From: a virus
Length of the DNA stretch: 64,000 nucleotides
Reading direction: 5' to 3' (one strand)
IMG/VR virus record: IMGVR_UViG_3300006925_000014
Coordinates: 3,008-67,007 of that record
Made by a program: the position numbers and the translations under genes
The notes under the pieces: generated by a model
The model's database searches: none
What the model was told of the DNA's origin: nothing
The model's input: the letters and a program-made list of their open reading frames with translations, nothing else
Shown here: positions 1 to 9,909 of the stretch, piece after piece
Position numbering within the stretch: position 1 is the first letter of the stretch
Layout of the letters: each line of letters starts with the position of its first letter

Positions 1-2
1 TA

Positions 3-1232
3 CAGGTTTCTATTTTTGAAAACATTTCTTTGCCGTACATCACAGCACAGCTAGTTATTGTTGATTCTGCTAATGCTTCTAACGCTGTGCACTTTCAGGG
101 GCAGGAAAGAGTTATTATTGCTATTATTGACAAGGATGAAAAAGTTGTCTTTAATAAAGAATTTATCTGTATGGGTATTGAATATGGGCAAAAAATCGGT
201 GATGACAAATCTGGTTTTATTGTAAAGCTTATTGAAGAGCATGCTATGCTCAGTAACAGCACTAGATTTAGCAAGGTGTATGAAGGAAAACCTGATGACA
301 TTTGCACACAGGTATGTCAAGAGCAATTAGGTGTAGGTGTATCTGTAGAAGGCTCTACCACACAAAGCCAAATGCGAGTGGTATTCCCATTCACTGTGTC
401 TCCACTTGAAGCGGCTAACTGGATGGTGACCAGATGCTCTACAGGTGAGGGCATACCGTTCTTATTCTATTCTAGTCTGTCAGAAGATACACTACAGCTA
501 AAAGATGTAAACACACTTCTGTCTCAAGGGGCATTCAATGCTGGTGATCCATACATTTTTGCTAGTGTGAGTACACCAGAACCCGGTGGTCCAGAAGATC
601 GTGAAATCTTGAAAAAGAAAATTCTGAGTTATTCTATACCAAACAATGAAGACACTTTATTTGCTATGGTTAAGAATGTCTATGGTGGATATTACCATTT
701 TATTGACACATACGAAAAAGGGGGTGAAGAAGCCATCTATGATTTTACCAAACCTTATGGCAGCTTACCTAAGCCAAATGGCTCCACCAAGTACAATTAT
801 GATGAAGAGTTTACGATTGGTAGACCCTACCACAAAGGACAAAACACCTACACCAGCCAAGTAGCAACTAGAAAGCTGTTTGATGACATGTACTCTTTCC
901 TTGAAGAAGATGATATTGAGATGCATCTTAAAAAGGCAGAGTCAAGGGGAATTTATAATTTCTTAGATCAACAGCCTATTACTTTTGCAGTAAACGGGAT
1001 TGACTTAGGATTTGATAAATTAGGTAAGACAGTAGATGTATATATTACAAAAGATATTCCAGCAGAAGAAAAAGTATCACCAGAGCAAATGAAAGATAAG
1101 AAGCGGTCTGGTGAGTACCTTATTCAGAAAGTCATGTATACTATTTTTGATAACAGATTAACATCAACAGTAACAGCAACTAAGACTAGTACAAATAATA
1201 ATCTTGGTGGTGAAAAGGTTAATATAGCATAA
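3..1232 (+). CDS. Baseplate hub protein (gp27-like), 5'-truncated by the window edge
   Basis: Frame is open from position 3 (QVSIFENISLPYITAQL); ends with an SGEYLIQKV motif typical of hub proteins; lies directly upstream of the gp5 N-terminal gene. Confidence 0.55.
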   Translation, partial: QVSIFENISLPYITAQLVIVDSANASNAVHFQGQERVIIAIIDKDEKVVFNKEFICMGIEYGQKIGDDKSGFIVKLIEEHAMLSNSTRFSKVYEGKPDDICTQVCQEQLGVGVSVEGSTTQSQMRVVFPFTVSPLEAANWMVTRCSTGEGIPFLFYSSLSEDTLQLKDVNTLLSQGAFNAGDPYIFASVSTPEPGGPEDREILKKKILSYSIPNNEDTLFAMVKNVYGGYYHFIDTYEKGGEEAIYDFTKPYGSLPKPNGSTKYNYDEEFTIGRPYHKGQNTYTSQVATRKLFDDMYSFLEEDDIEMHLKKAESRGIYNFLDQQPITFAVNGIDLGFDKLGKTVDVYITKDIPAEEKVSPEQMKDKKRSGEYLIQKVMYTIFDNRLTSTVTATKTSTNNNLGGEKVNIA

Positions 1233-1780
1233 TGACAGATTTATACAAGACCATACAAAAAGAATTTTATGGGGATAATGTCAGATGGTTTGTTGGCATT
1301 GTAGAAGATAATAAGAATGATCCTGAAAAGCTTGGTAGGGTTAGAGTACGAATTTATGGAACACACAATGCATATTTGTCAGATGTTCCTACAGAAAAGC
1401 TACCTTGGGCAACAGTTTTGGTTCCCGGTACATATGGTGGTGTGTCTGGTGTAGGCAGGAGCCCTACAGGGATTGAGCAGGGAGCAATGGTCTTTGGTAT
1501 GTTTATGGACGGTAAACATTCTCAGAACCCATTAATCATAGGTACGATTCCAAAGATTGAACAGGAATCCGGTAAAGATATTACACCAGAAGTTAAAATT
1601 GAACCTGCTAAAATTGAAAGTTCTATTGGTGGTGCTGGTGATACTGTAGGTGCTGTTAAGATTGATGATGACTTATTTGGAATAGAATACTCAGGTGGAG
1701 TAATTATTTTCCAGAAAGCTACTGAAAAGGGGTATGGTGTTATGGCAGCAGCAACTTTGGCTAGTATCGGTTCAATTTAG
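1232..1780 (+). CDS. gp5: gp5 N-terminal OB-fold protein (baseplate hub, split gp5)
   Basis: WFVGIVED..DPEKLGRVRVRIYG..H, LPWA and VFGMFMDG..SQNPLIIG motifs of the T4 gp5 OB domain. Confidence 0.85.
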   Translation: MTDLYKTIQKEFYGDNVRWFVGIVEDNKNDPEKLGRVRVRIYGTHNAYLSDVPTEKLPWATVLVPGTYGGVSGVGRSPTGIEQGAMVFGMFMDGKHSQNPLIIGTIPKIEQESGKDITPEVKIEPAKIESSIGGAGDTVGAVKIDDDLFGIEYSGGVIIFQKATEKGYGVMAAATLASIGSI

Positions 1781-1790
1781 GAGTTAAGGT

Positions 1791-2165
1791 ATGGTTAGAA
1801 TTGCCCCTGATAAATTTCCCATAAGCGCACCTAAGAATGAGTTTACTCCATCTCCCTTTGCTGGATGTGTAGCCTATCCTACAGATGAAAAGTTTGGTGT
1901 GTTTAATTTTACTGGATTTATGCTTGTGGGATATAGAGCATACTGCTTTGCTAATAATCTAGATGTAAATGATGTTGGTGTACAGACTGACTATTTACTT
2001 AAAATGCTAGAGGAAAAAACTAATCTTAGAGGCACAGAATTAAAAAGTGCAGAGACAATTGAAAAGGCCGCACAGCTAATTCATGAATATATACTTCAAG
2101 ACACAACAAACATTGATAAGACTATTGACCTTGCATATGACTTTCTAGAAAGGAATACTGCATAA
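1791..2165 (+). CDS. Degenerate C-terminal half of a phage tail lysozyme-like domain
   Basis: AGGAG RBS; FGVFNF..LDVNDVGVQTDYLL..LKSAETIEKAA resembles the C-terminal half of Phage_lysozyme2. Confidence 0.45.
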   Translation: MVRIAPDKFPISAPKNEFTPSPFAGCVAYPTDEKFGVFNFTGFMLVGYRAYCFANNLDVNDVGVQTDYLLKMLEEKTNLRGTELKSAETIEKAAQLIHEYILQDTTNIDKTIDLAYDFLERNTA

Positions 2166-3412
2166 TGCCAAATGAATATGATAGAATAAAAAACACATCG
2201 TGGGTGACCCTTGACTTTATGAGTGACCCTAGCGTCAACGTTGGCAAGTACATTGCTGATTATGGTGGAAAACCTGCCACAGAATTTGAATCTAAGCAAC
2301 AAATTACTAGTAGAATTTTAGATAACCAGACCAGTCAAGCTGATGCAGGTGAAGATGAGACCTTTGAGTACGGTGATGAGTTTGATGTACAAGATGAACC
2401 TATCTATGGACCAGCAGGTAGCGGTACTGCAATCATTAATAATGAGAAGGTGGAACATAATGATCAGCCTAACTATGGTCCCCCCGGTACTAATAGTTCA
2501 CAGGAAGGCGGTTCTAACAAATCGTTAACCCCTAATGGTGTTCCGCCCGGTGCAGCTAGAGCAGAGACAGGAACCTTTGAGGATGCAAGTAGAACTTCAA
2601 AGTCCAGCAAGCTAACCCTACAGGACGGTACTACACTTATCACTACAAGTGGCACATATGCTTCACAGCTTTCCAGTATGTTCTGTAATGTCAGTGTTGT
2701 CTATGCCAGAAACCAGAATGTCAAGTACAGTAACAATACAGGTGGTGGTAATAGTGGAACTAATGCAGCAGGAGATTTGGGTGACGCTGGCAACGAATAT
2801 TCTGATGCTGAGTTTGATGCTGCTACTAATGAAGAAGTACAAGAAGATATCTTGAATGCACTTGGTATTGATGATCCTTCTTCTATTGAAGGATTTGAAT
2901 ATGGAGATACGTTACAACAGACCTTTGATAATCTTAGAGATTCTGGTGTAGACATTGATGGTATGCTTGCTGCATCTAATCCAATTGACGTTGCATCTGC
3001 ATTCTTAGGTGCTAATGAAAACAACCCTGCACACGCTGCTGTTCTGGGACAATTCTTTGAAGCTTCTACAGGAACCAGTATCAATCCTGCACAGACTGCA
3101 TGGTGTGCTGCATTTGCTAACTCTGTAGTAGCATCTACAGGGCTGCAACCTACAGGTGGACTTAATGCCAAGTCATTCCTAAATTGGGGACAGGGTGTAG
3201 ATATTTCTAGTGGACTTGGAAATGTTAAACCGGGTGATGTTGCTGTATTTGATAGAGGTACACCGGGTGATTGGAGAGGACATGTTGGATTTGTTCAATC
3301 TGTCAATGCTGATGGTACGTTAAATATTCTTGGTGGTAACCAAGGCAACAGTGTGAGTATCAGAAAATACTCTACTGATAGACTTGAAGGTATTAGAAGG
3401 GCTAAGAGGTAA
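2165..3412 (+). CDS. Virion-associated peptidoglycan peptidase with a C-terminal TIGR02594 (NlpC/P60/CHAP-like) domain
   Basis: TAWCAAFAN..AKSFLNWG..GDVAVFDRG..GHVGFV..LGGNQGNSVS, with the Cys/His pair intact. Confidence 0.8.
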   Translation: MPNEYDRIKNTSWVTLDFMSDPSVNVGKYIADYGGKPATEFESKQQITSRILDNQTSQADAGEDETFEYGDEFDVQDEPIYGPAGSGTAIINNEKVEHNDQPNYGPPGTNSSQEGGSNKSLTPNGVPPGAARAETGTFEDASRTSKSSKLTLQDGTTLITTSGTYASQLSSMFCNVSVVYARNQNVKYSNNTGGGNSGTNAAGDLGDAGNEYSDAEFDAATNEEVQEDILNALGIDDPSSIEGFEYGDTLQQTFDNLRDSGVDIDGMLAASNPIDVASAFLGANENNPAHAAVLGQFFEASTGTSINPAQTAWCAAFANSVVASTGLQPTGGLNAKSFLNWGQGVDISSGLGNVKPGDVAVFDRGTPGDWRGHVGFVQSVNADGTLNILGGNQGNSVSIRKYSTDRLEGIRRAKR

Positions 3413-4122
3413 TGGCAGTAGGTGATCCAATTGTAACCGTAAAGAGAAAGGTTAACTTTGCTGACAGGTTTAATCCTGATGTAAAGACCTTATCTTCTGA
3501 TTTTATGGGTGATGATATTTCACCTGTATTTGATGCTCTGACTGCTAAACCGGGTGATTATATTGAAACCCCTGAAGAAATAGAAGCATACCTTAGATCA
3601 TCCAGAAGGGAGTATACACAGGTTATTATATGCAATACTCACACAGACTTCAAGCAGAATTTAGACAGGGCTGGATTGCTTGATTGGTATAGTCAGTCAT
3701 ATGAACAATTGGATGTTAACTATCATTTTCTGATTCTTAGAGATGGACGTATACAGATTAATAAAGGTATTAATGAAGAACCACCATTTACTCCTGTAGA
3801 TATTCATGTTCCATTTAGTATCAGTGTTGCTATGGTAGGTGGCATGAAAGATGGTGAGTATGATATTGATACTTGTTCACCTAATCAGTGGAAAACTCTC
3901 AGAGCATTCTTGAAGACATTCTATACTATCCTTCCGGGTGGGCAGGTCTTTGGTCATTCTGATATTAATCCCTATGCACCTGATCCGGGTTTTGATGCAG
4001 TACGGTATGTAGAGAAAAGTTTTGGTAAAAGAAATACACTGAGAAATGCTGATGCAAGAGCCAAAGGGTCTTTGAGCATCTATGAGCTAATCGGTGAAAG
4101 TAGAAGAAGAGGGTTCAGATAA
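3412..4122 (+). CDS. N-acetylmuramoyl-L-alanine amidase-like protein (Amidase_2/T7 lysozyme fold)
   Basis: YHFLILRDGRIQ, SISVAMVGG, Q..L and VFGHSD..DPGFD motifs. Confidence 0.7.
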   Translation: MAVGDPIVTVKRKVNFADRFNPDVKTLSSDFMGDDISPVFDALTAKPGDYIETPEEIEAYLRSSRREYTQVIICNTHTDFKQNLDRAGLLDWYSQSYEQLDVNYHFLILRDGRIQINKGINEEPPFTPVDIHVPFSISVAMVGGMKDGEYDIDTCSPNQWKTLRAFLKTFYTILPGGQVFGHSDINPYAPDPGFDAVRYVEKSFGKRNTLRNADARAKGSLSIYELIGESRRRGFR

Positions 4123-5645
4123 TGTCTACTGGCTTTAAAGACCCGGATGGTGAATTTCCACGTTCTGATTATGGAGGTGCTGCAACCACTAACAAAGCAT
4201 CTAGAGAAGAGTGGGAGCCTTATGTTAAGCTACCTGATGGGACAGAGAACCTTGAGCTAGTATCAACAGACTGGCAACCCAAGTATCCTTATAATAAGGT
4301 AGAAGAAACTTCATCTGGTCACAGAATAGAGACTGATGATACTCCCGGTGAAGAACGTCTTTCTTTTGTACACAAGGATGGTAGTGGTATTGAGATGTAT
4401 CCTAACACACAGGATGCAACTACATTCCTTATCAATTCTGTAGGTAGACAGGTTCAGTTGGTTGGTGATGATTTTGTAATGATTGTAAATGGTAATGGTG
4501 ATGTTCATTACAAAGGCAACCTGAATTTGAATGTGGATGGTGATTTTAATATTGCCTGTACTAACTTTACTGTGACTACAACGGGTAAACAGATTGAAGA
4601 AATCCGACAAGAGAAGATTGAAAACTTTGTAGGGGACAGAGTTGTCACTACACAGGGCAGTAAGTCTGAAGTTGTTCTGGGTAACTACACTGTAGAGAGT
4701 ATGGGAAACAGTCATTTTGTTTCTAAAAAGAATACTCGTATTACAGCAGAAGACAATATTGATATTTTTGCTGGTGATGACATGAGACTGACAGCAGAAG
4801 GCACTATGACCAGTTCTGCTATGACTAACAGATTAATTGGTCTTTGTACTTCTGTAGTGGGCAATACAGGCACCTTTGGTGGGCAGAACATGGTTATGTA
4901 TGCTAAGACATATCATGGTGATGTTATTGGTACAGCAGAAAGGGCTAGGTATGCTACAGACACTGATCCTGATGCAGTACAGACTGCTATGCCGACAACT
5001 GCAAACCTGACAGAAGGTCTGACCAAGACAAAGACACTTGGTATCCGTAATATTGATGTAGATGATGGTAGAATTTCCAGTAGTGTTAAGAGTGAAGTTC
5101 AGTCTTCTGGTTCATCTTCTAATACTGCACAAAGACCAGATACATTTGGTGACGATCCAGCACCTACTACAACCACTAGAGAGGGTAGGTCGGGCGTTGG
5201 TGATTTTAATCCAGATGACCCTGCTACTGAAAGATACAACAATCCGGGTGGTATGTATCCTGCTTCATGGCAAGAGAAGTATGGGGCTGTTTCTAATAGT
5301 GATCGTATTGGTGGTGGTCACTCTATTGCAGGATTTGCAACAAAAGAGCAGGGTGCTGCGGCACACATGGCTCTGTTGAAAGAAGGTAAGTACTATAGAA
5401 ATGAATCTATTTCAGGTGCAATCAATACATGGTCTGGTGGTAATAATGTTAACAGCTATCTTTCCAGTCTGCAAGCACAAGGCATTGATACCTCTAAAAA
5501 TGTTTCGTTCTATACCAGTACCAAGGCAGGTACAATCAAACTTGCCAAAGCAATGTCTTTCCATGAGACGGGCAGAAAGTTCAGCCTGTCAGATCAGGGA
5601 TGGTCTAATGCCTATGACTTGGGCAACAGTAAGGGATGGTTATAA
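4122..5645 (+). CDS. gp5: gp5 C-terminal beta-helix (spike) protein with an appended lysozyme-like domain
   Basis: PKYPYNKVEETSSGHRIETDDTPGEER and VxG beta-helix repeats; C-terminal RYNNPGG..FAT.EQG..AINTWS..LAKAMSFHETG domain. Confidence 0.75.
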   Translation: MSTGFKDPDGEFPRSDYGGAATTNKASREEWEPYVKLPDGTENLELVSTDWQPKYPYNKVEETSSGHRIETDDTPGEERLSFVHKDGSGIEMYPNTQDATTFLINSVGRQVQLVGDDFVMIVNGNGDVHYKGNLNLNVDGDFNIACTNFTVTTTGKQIEEIRQEKIENFVGDRVVTTQGSKSEVVLGNYTVESMGNSHFVSKKNTRITAEDNIDIFAGDDMRLTAEGTMTSSAMTNRLIGLCTSVVGNTGTFGGQNMVMYAKTYHGDVIGTAERARYATDTDPDAVQTAMPTTANLTEGLTKTKTLGIRNIDVDDGRISSSVKSEVQSSGSSSNTAQRPDTFGDDPAPTTTTREGRSGVGDFNPDDPATERYNNPGGMYPASWQEKYGAVSNSDRIGGGHSIAGFATKEQGAAAHMALLKEGKYYRNESISGAINTWSGGNNVNSYLSSLQAQGIDTSKNVSFYTSTKAGTIKLAKAMSFHETGRKFSLSDQGWSNAYDLGNSKGWL

Positions 5646-6538
5646 TGCTAAAATTTAATATTAATAAACTTTCCCCTAGAGAAGTCAGAAGTCTGCTGAG
5701 AGATCCAAACAACAGAGAAGACGGTGTTCTTGTAGGAGCAGCATTTGCCAAGAACCTTATTGGTGGGGATTACTTTGTTCCTCTTGCAAGGAGACTGAGA
5801 ACATACTTTGGTTCTAAAGCAGGAGCAAAGTATTCTAAGGATTCATTTATCAAGTCTAAAAAGCCAAGACGGTACAAAGAGAACCTTGGTTTAAAGGCAA
5901 TTCTACCTGATCCAGTCTATGATCCACTCAAGCTTCCAACAATCAATTCAGGAACAAAACTAGGGCAAGGCATTCCTTTGTCTATGTTTGCTAATGCACC
6001 GGGCAGTAAGGGTACACTCAATCACTTATCACAGGCAGACAGAAAAGAGATTGCAAAAAATCTTTATTGTCAAGTCCCTTTGATTGAAGGATTTAGAAAC
6101 CAAGCAAAATTTAGAAACTACAGTCTATTTGTTTCTGATGGTCTGGTCAAGAAGCAAGACACTGAGACATTGACTTCAGGAGACATTAGAGACTTGCAGA
6201 CCAAGGGCAGGGCAGTTGTCTATGAAGTCTTGGATAATAAGGGTAAGAATGATCCACAGGCTACATTTGAGTTGGCAAACTACTGGAAAGACAATCATCT
6301 GTTTCAGGGATTGATCTTACACTTTGACAGCATGGAACCGTTAACAGAAGACCGCTATGCTAACAGACATGACAATATAGAATTCCTTGACCCGACAAGA
6401 GAATATCATGCAGAAATTATTGTTGTTATGCCCAATGTAGATTACTACTACAGAGGAAATTTTGAAAGACGGGTTCGCACTGATATTAACTTCAGGCCAT
6501 TTATCAAAGGTGGTTTAGGGCATTTCCAATATAAATAA
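5645..6538 (+). CDS. Baseplate-associated protein, possibly a degenerate peptidase M15-like fold
   Basis: ATG overlaps the previous stop (TAATG); weak resemblance to M15A motifs (VSDGL, GRAV, FQGLILHFD) without obvious Zn ligands. Confidence 0.4.
   Translation: MLKFNINKLSPREVRSLLRDPNNREDGVLVGAAFAKNLIGGDYFVPLARRLRTYFGSKAGAKYSKDSFIKSKKPRRYKENLGLKAILPDPVYDPLKLPTINSGTKLGQGIPLSMFANAPGSKGTLNHLSQADRKEIAKNLYCQVPLIEGFRNQAKFRNYSLFVSDGLVKKQDTETLTSGDIRDLQTKGRAVVYEVLDNKGKNDPQATFELANYWKDNHLFQGLILHFDSMEPLTEDRYANRHDNIEFLDPTREYHAEIIVVMPNVDYYYRGNFERRVRTDINFRPFIKGGLGHFQYK
6530..6537 (+). promoter_or_regulatory. T4-type late promoter
   Basis: TATAAATA about 30 nt upstream of gp25. Confidence 0.75.
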
Positions 6539-6566
6539 AATAATACCTCAATAAAAAAGAAGACAA

Positions 6567-7016
6567 ATGGCAGTATCAAAAGCATTCTCAATTGAAGACG
6601 GTAACCTAAACAGACCCGCTATTATCAATACACGGGTAAGGAACTACAGTGATATTGATTTAACATTCACTGCTAGAAGCACTGGTGATGTGTTTAAGAA
6701 AACAGATGCTGCTGCGGTCAAACAGTCTGTGAAAACAATTCTACAGACAAACTACGGAGAGAGACCTTTTCGGCCAAAGTTTGGTGCAGATTTAAGGTCT
6801 AAGATATTTGATAACTATACTGTTGATGAAAATGAATTCTTCATTGCAGACGCAGTAAAAGATGCAATTAGAGATTTTGAGCCTAGAGCAAAAGTTCTTA
6901 ATGTGATTGTAAGTGAACAACCTGACAGAAATTTTCTGGGAGTAACTGTAGAATTTCAGGTTGTAGACACAGAAGAGATTGTATCACTAGAGACTTCTAT
7001 TTCAAGGATTAGATAA
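6567..7016 (+). CDS. gp25: Baseplate wedge subunit gp25
   Basis: YSDIDLTF, AVKQSVKTIL.TNYGERPF.P.FG and FEPRA motifs. Confidence 0.9.
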   Translation: MAVSKAFSIEDGNLNRPAIINTRVRNYSDIDLTFTARSTGDVFKKTDAAAVKQSVKTILQTNYGERPFRPKFGADLRSKIFDNYTVDENEFFIADAVKDAIRDFEPRAKVLNVIVSEQPDRNFLGVTVEFQVVDTEEIVSLETSISRIR

Positions 7017-7018
7017 GA

Positions 7019-8902
7019 ATGGCAACCACGATTACACCATCAGATTTAAATTTTGATGATATTAAAACGTCTTTGACAAACTATTTTAAGTCAAAGTCTG
7101 AGTTTTCTGACTATGACTTTGAAGGCTCTGGTATTTCTAATATCATGGATGTTTTGGCATACAATACACACCTTAACGGTCTTATTGCAAACTTTGCATT
7201 GAATGAGGCATTTCTCCCTACAGCACAGCTTAGAACATCTCTGGTTAACCAGTCTCTTTCATTTGGATATATCCCAAGGTCTAAGACAGCATCCCGTGCA
7301 CAATTAACAGTAAGTGTCAACCTTTCTTCTGCGGTATCAAAACCTGCTAATATCACACTTCCAGCGGGAACTACGTTTACCACACAAGTTGATGGTGAAA
7401 GCTACACGTTTAGAACCTTGATTGATTATATTGGATATGATACTACAGGTTCAGGTATCTATACATTTGTAGACCAGCTTGGCAATCCCTACATTACTGT
7501 TCTGGAAGGTGAGATAACTGTCAAGACATTTATTGCAGAAATTACAGGGGACAGGCAGGTATATGTTGTTCCTGATCCTAATCTTGACCTGACTACAGTT
7601 GGTGTACAAGTCTATGAGGATATTAACTCTGATACCTTTACCACATATTTTAGTGCTAATGCCACAACTGGTGGTAACATTATTAACACTGTATCCTCTA
7701 CTACTGCACTCTATCTTCCTTTAGAAAGCTACAATGGTTATTGGGAGTTTAACTTTGGTGTGGGGGGTCTTACAGGTGTTAACCCTGAAAACGGTCAGGC
7801 AATCCGTATTACATACCTGAGAACAAATGGTCTAGATGCTAATGGTGCTTCTGTCTTTACACCTACATCTACTCTTAGTGTAAATAATGTTTCATACAAT
7901 CTAAATGTAACAACCTATGCAAAGTCTTCCTTTGGTGCAGATAAAGAGGGTATTGAATCTATTAGACAGAATGCGCCACTATCTTATCTTGCGCAGAACA
8001 GATTTGTTGCTGCTGGTGACTATCTTGGTATTATTGCCAATGGTGTTCCGGGTATTAAGTCAATCAACGCATGGGGTGGTGAAGACAATGTACCTGCAAA
8101 GTATGGTAAAGTTTTAGTGTCTCTGGTTTATGAGGATACTCTATCTGCTGCACAACAGGTAGCAACAGAGGCAGTTATTATTCAAAACCTGACAAATCCA
8201 TTGTCTATTATTGGTATTGAGACAGAATTTGTTGACCCAACATTTATTTACCTTGACGTAACATCAACATGTAGGTATAATAGCGGATTAACTAACTTAA
8301 CAAGACAAGCTCTTGAAAACAAGATTAGAAACTTTGTTCAAAGTTACTTTGCTACTAATGCTGGTAAGTTTAATGATGTAATTCACAAGTCAAGACTTGC
8401 TTCTGCGATTGATACTTCTGACTCGTCTATTTTGGGTACTAAGTTAGAGTTAAAGATGACTGCAAGATTTACTCCATCTAGAAACCCAAATACAGATAAT
8501 ATTATTCGTGCCGACTATACTATCAATTTCTTGAATTCTATTCAGGCACCACAGATGACAGAATCTACAATTAGTAGTGATAGATTTACTTTTAACAATA
8601 TTACTTGTACTTTGCGCAACAAGGTTCGTCATTCTACAACTCTTCAGATTATTGACCAAAATGGTAAAGTAGTAGTTGACAATATTGGTAGCTATGAACC
8701 TACAACTGGTACAGTTACCTTGTCTGGTTTCCAACCACAAGCTATTACTTCAGGTGCTAGATACTTAAACATCACAGCAACTCCTGCTGATGACACTAAC
8801 TTTAAGCCTTTGAGAAATACTCTGATTACTTTGGGGAATAACTTTGTATCTGCTATTCCAGATGTTAATGCTGCTACTGCTGTTGCGGGTGTGACCAACT
8901 AA
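7019..8902 (+). CDS. gp6: Baseplate wedge subunit gp6
   Basis: LNFDDIK..L..Y, FSDYDFEGS.IS.IMDVLAYNTH, AQNRFV and WGGEDN.P.KYGKV motifs. Confidence 0.92.
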   Translation: MATTITPSDLNFDDIKTSLTNYFKSKSEFSDYDFEGSGISNIMDVLAYNTHLNGLIANFALNEAFLPTAQLRTSLVNQSLSFGYIPRSKTASRAQLTVSVNLSSAVSKPANITLPAGTTFTTQVDGESYTFRTLIDYIGYDTTGSGIYTFVDQLGNPYITVLEGEITVKTFIAEITGDRQVYVVPDPNLDLTTVGVQVYEDINSDTFTTYFSANATTGGNIINTVSSTTALYLPLESYNGYWEFNFGVGGLTGVNPENGQAIRITYLRTNGLDANGASVFTPTSTLSVNNVSYNLNVTTYAKSSFGADKEGIESIRQNAPLSYLAQNRFVAAGDYLGIIANGVPGIKSINAWGGEDNVPAKYGKVLVSLVYEDTLSAAQQVATEAVIIQNLTNPLSIIGIETEFVDPTFIYLDVTSTCRYNSGLTNLTRQALENKIRNFVQSYFATNAGKFNDVIHKSRLASAIDTSDSSILGTKLELKMTARFTPSRNPNTDNIIRADYTINFLNSIQAPQMTESTISSDRFTFNNITCTLRNKVRHSTTLQIIDQNGKVVVDNIGSYEPTTGTVTLSGFQPQAITSGARYLNITATPADDTNFKPLRNTLITLGNNFVSAIPDVNAATAVAGVTN

Positions 8903-8903
8903 A

Positions 8904-9866
8904 ATGTCTAATGAAAGAACCTTAACTGACTTTAATAGACTTGAAGCTAACTTGCATCAACCGCAAGTCAAGACAGTTGTTCCTGAACACTTTAAAGAGC
9001 AGTATCCTAAACTTATAGATTTTCTAGAAGCATATTATGATTACCTAGATAGTGATGGACATCCGACACACAATCTTAAAAAGATGTTTACTATTCGTGA
9101 CCCCGGCTCAACTGATGATGAATTTTTAGACCTATTGTTTCAAGAGAAAACATTTAGCACAGATACATTCCCTTCTCCTAGATTTGCTTACCTTCAAATT
9201 CCGGGACTTCTCAATAGTAAGGGTACAAAAATATCTATTGACTCATTCTTTAGATATTTCCAAGGTACGGATGTAGAGCAAATTCTACCTAGAAACTCTA
9301 TGTTTATTGTTGGTCAGTCAGAGATTGGGGCAGAATCTTTAAGATTTATTCAGGACTCTTACTTCTATCAGGTATACTCTATTCTATTAAGAACTAACGT
9401 TCCCCCTACAGAATGGTTTAACTTCTATAAGAACTATCTACATCCAGCAGGGTTTGCAATCTTTACAGAAACACTGTTTGAACTTTTACCAACAAACTCT
9501 CAATTAGCAGCAAGTATGCCTCTGGCTCTGGTAGATAGTGATATTGCAGTAACTTCCTTTGAATTTTCTGCTGATCTTAATCTTTCTCCAACTATCAGTC
9601 TCACAGGTATTGATAGTGCAACTAATACAAGATACTATCCTGACAGAGAAATTCATTTCTATAATGATTCTATCAATGGTATTGGTGACTCCTATGATAA
9701 CTATGCATCTATTGCAGATATCCTAAATACTAATTCACCGACCTTTGATGATTCGGCTGACTCGGCTAACTCTGGACTTACCCGCATCTTTATGTCTGAT
9801 ACCATACAGACAATGGATGAAGGTGTATTTCCGTTTTATGATAGTGTAGGAACTGATGTTCCTTAA
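8904..9866 (+). CDS. gp7: Baseplate wedge initiator, short gp7-like
   Basis: P.HF.EQYP..IDFLEAYYDYL, KGT..SI..FFR, IQDSYFYQ.YS and HPAGF motifs; follows gp6. Confidence 0.7.
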   Translation: MSNERTLTDFNRLEANLHQPQVKTVVPEHFKEQYPKLIDFLEAYYDYLDSDGHPTHNLKKMFTIRDPGSTDDEFLDLLFQEKTFSTDTFPSPRFAYLQIPGLLNSKGTKISIDSFFRYFQGTDVEQILPRNSMFIVGQSEIGAESLRFIQDSYFYQVYSILLRTNVPPTEWFNFYKNYLHPAGFAIFTETLFELLPTNSQLAASMPLALVDSDIAVTSFEFSADLNLSPTISLTGIDSATNTRYYPDREIHFYNDSINGIGDSYDNYASIADILNTNSPTFDDSADSANSGLTRIFMSDTIQTMDEGVFPFYDSVGTDVP

Positions 9867-9873
9867 ATTCTGG

Positions 9874-9881
9874 TATAAATA
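9874..9881 (+). promoter_or_regulatory. T4-type late promoter
   Basis: Intergenic TATAAATA upstream of the gp9-like gene. Confidence 0.75.
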
Positions 9882-9909
9882 TTATTAATTCATTTACTGA
9901 GTAGGTAAC

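Noticed and set aside
1778-1793. Stop-codon readthrough or TAG recoding joining gp5-N to the next ORF
   Set aside because: The ORFs are in different frames, the second has its own RBS, and core genes are intact under the standard code.
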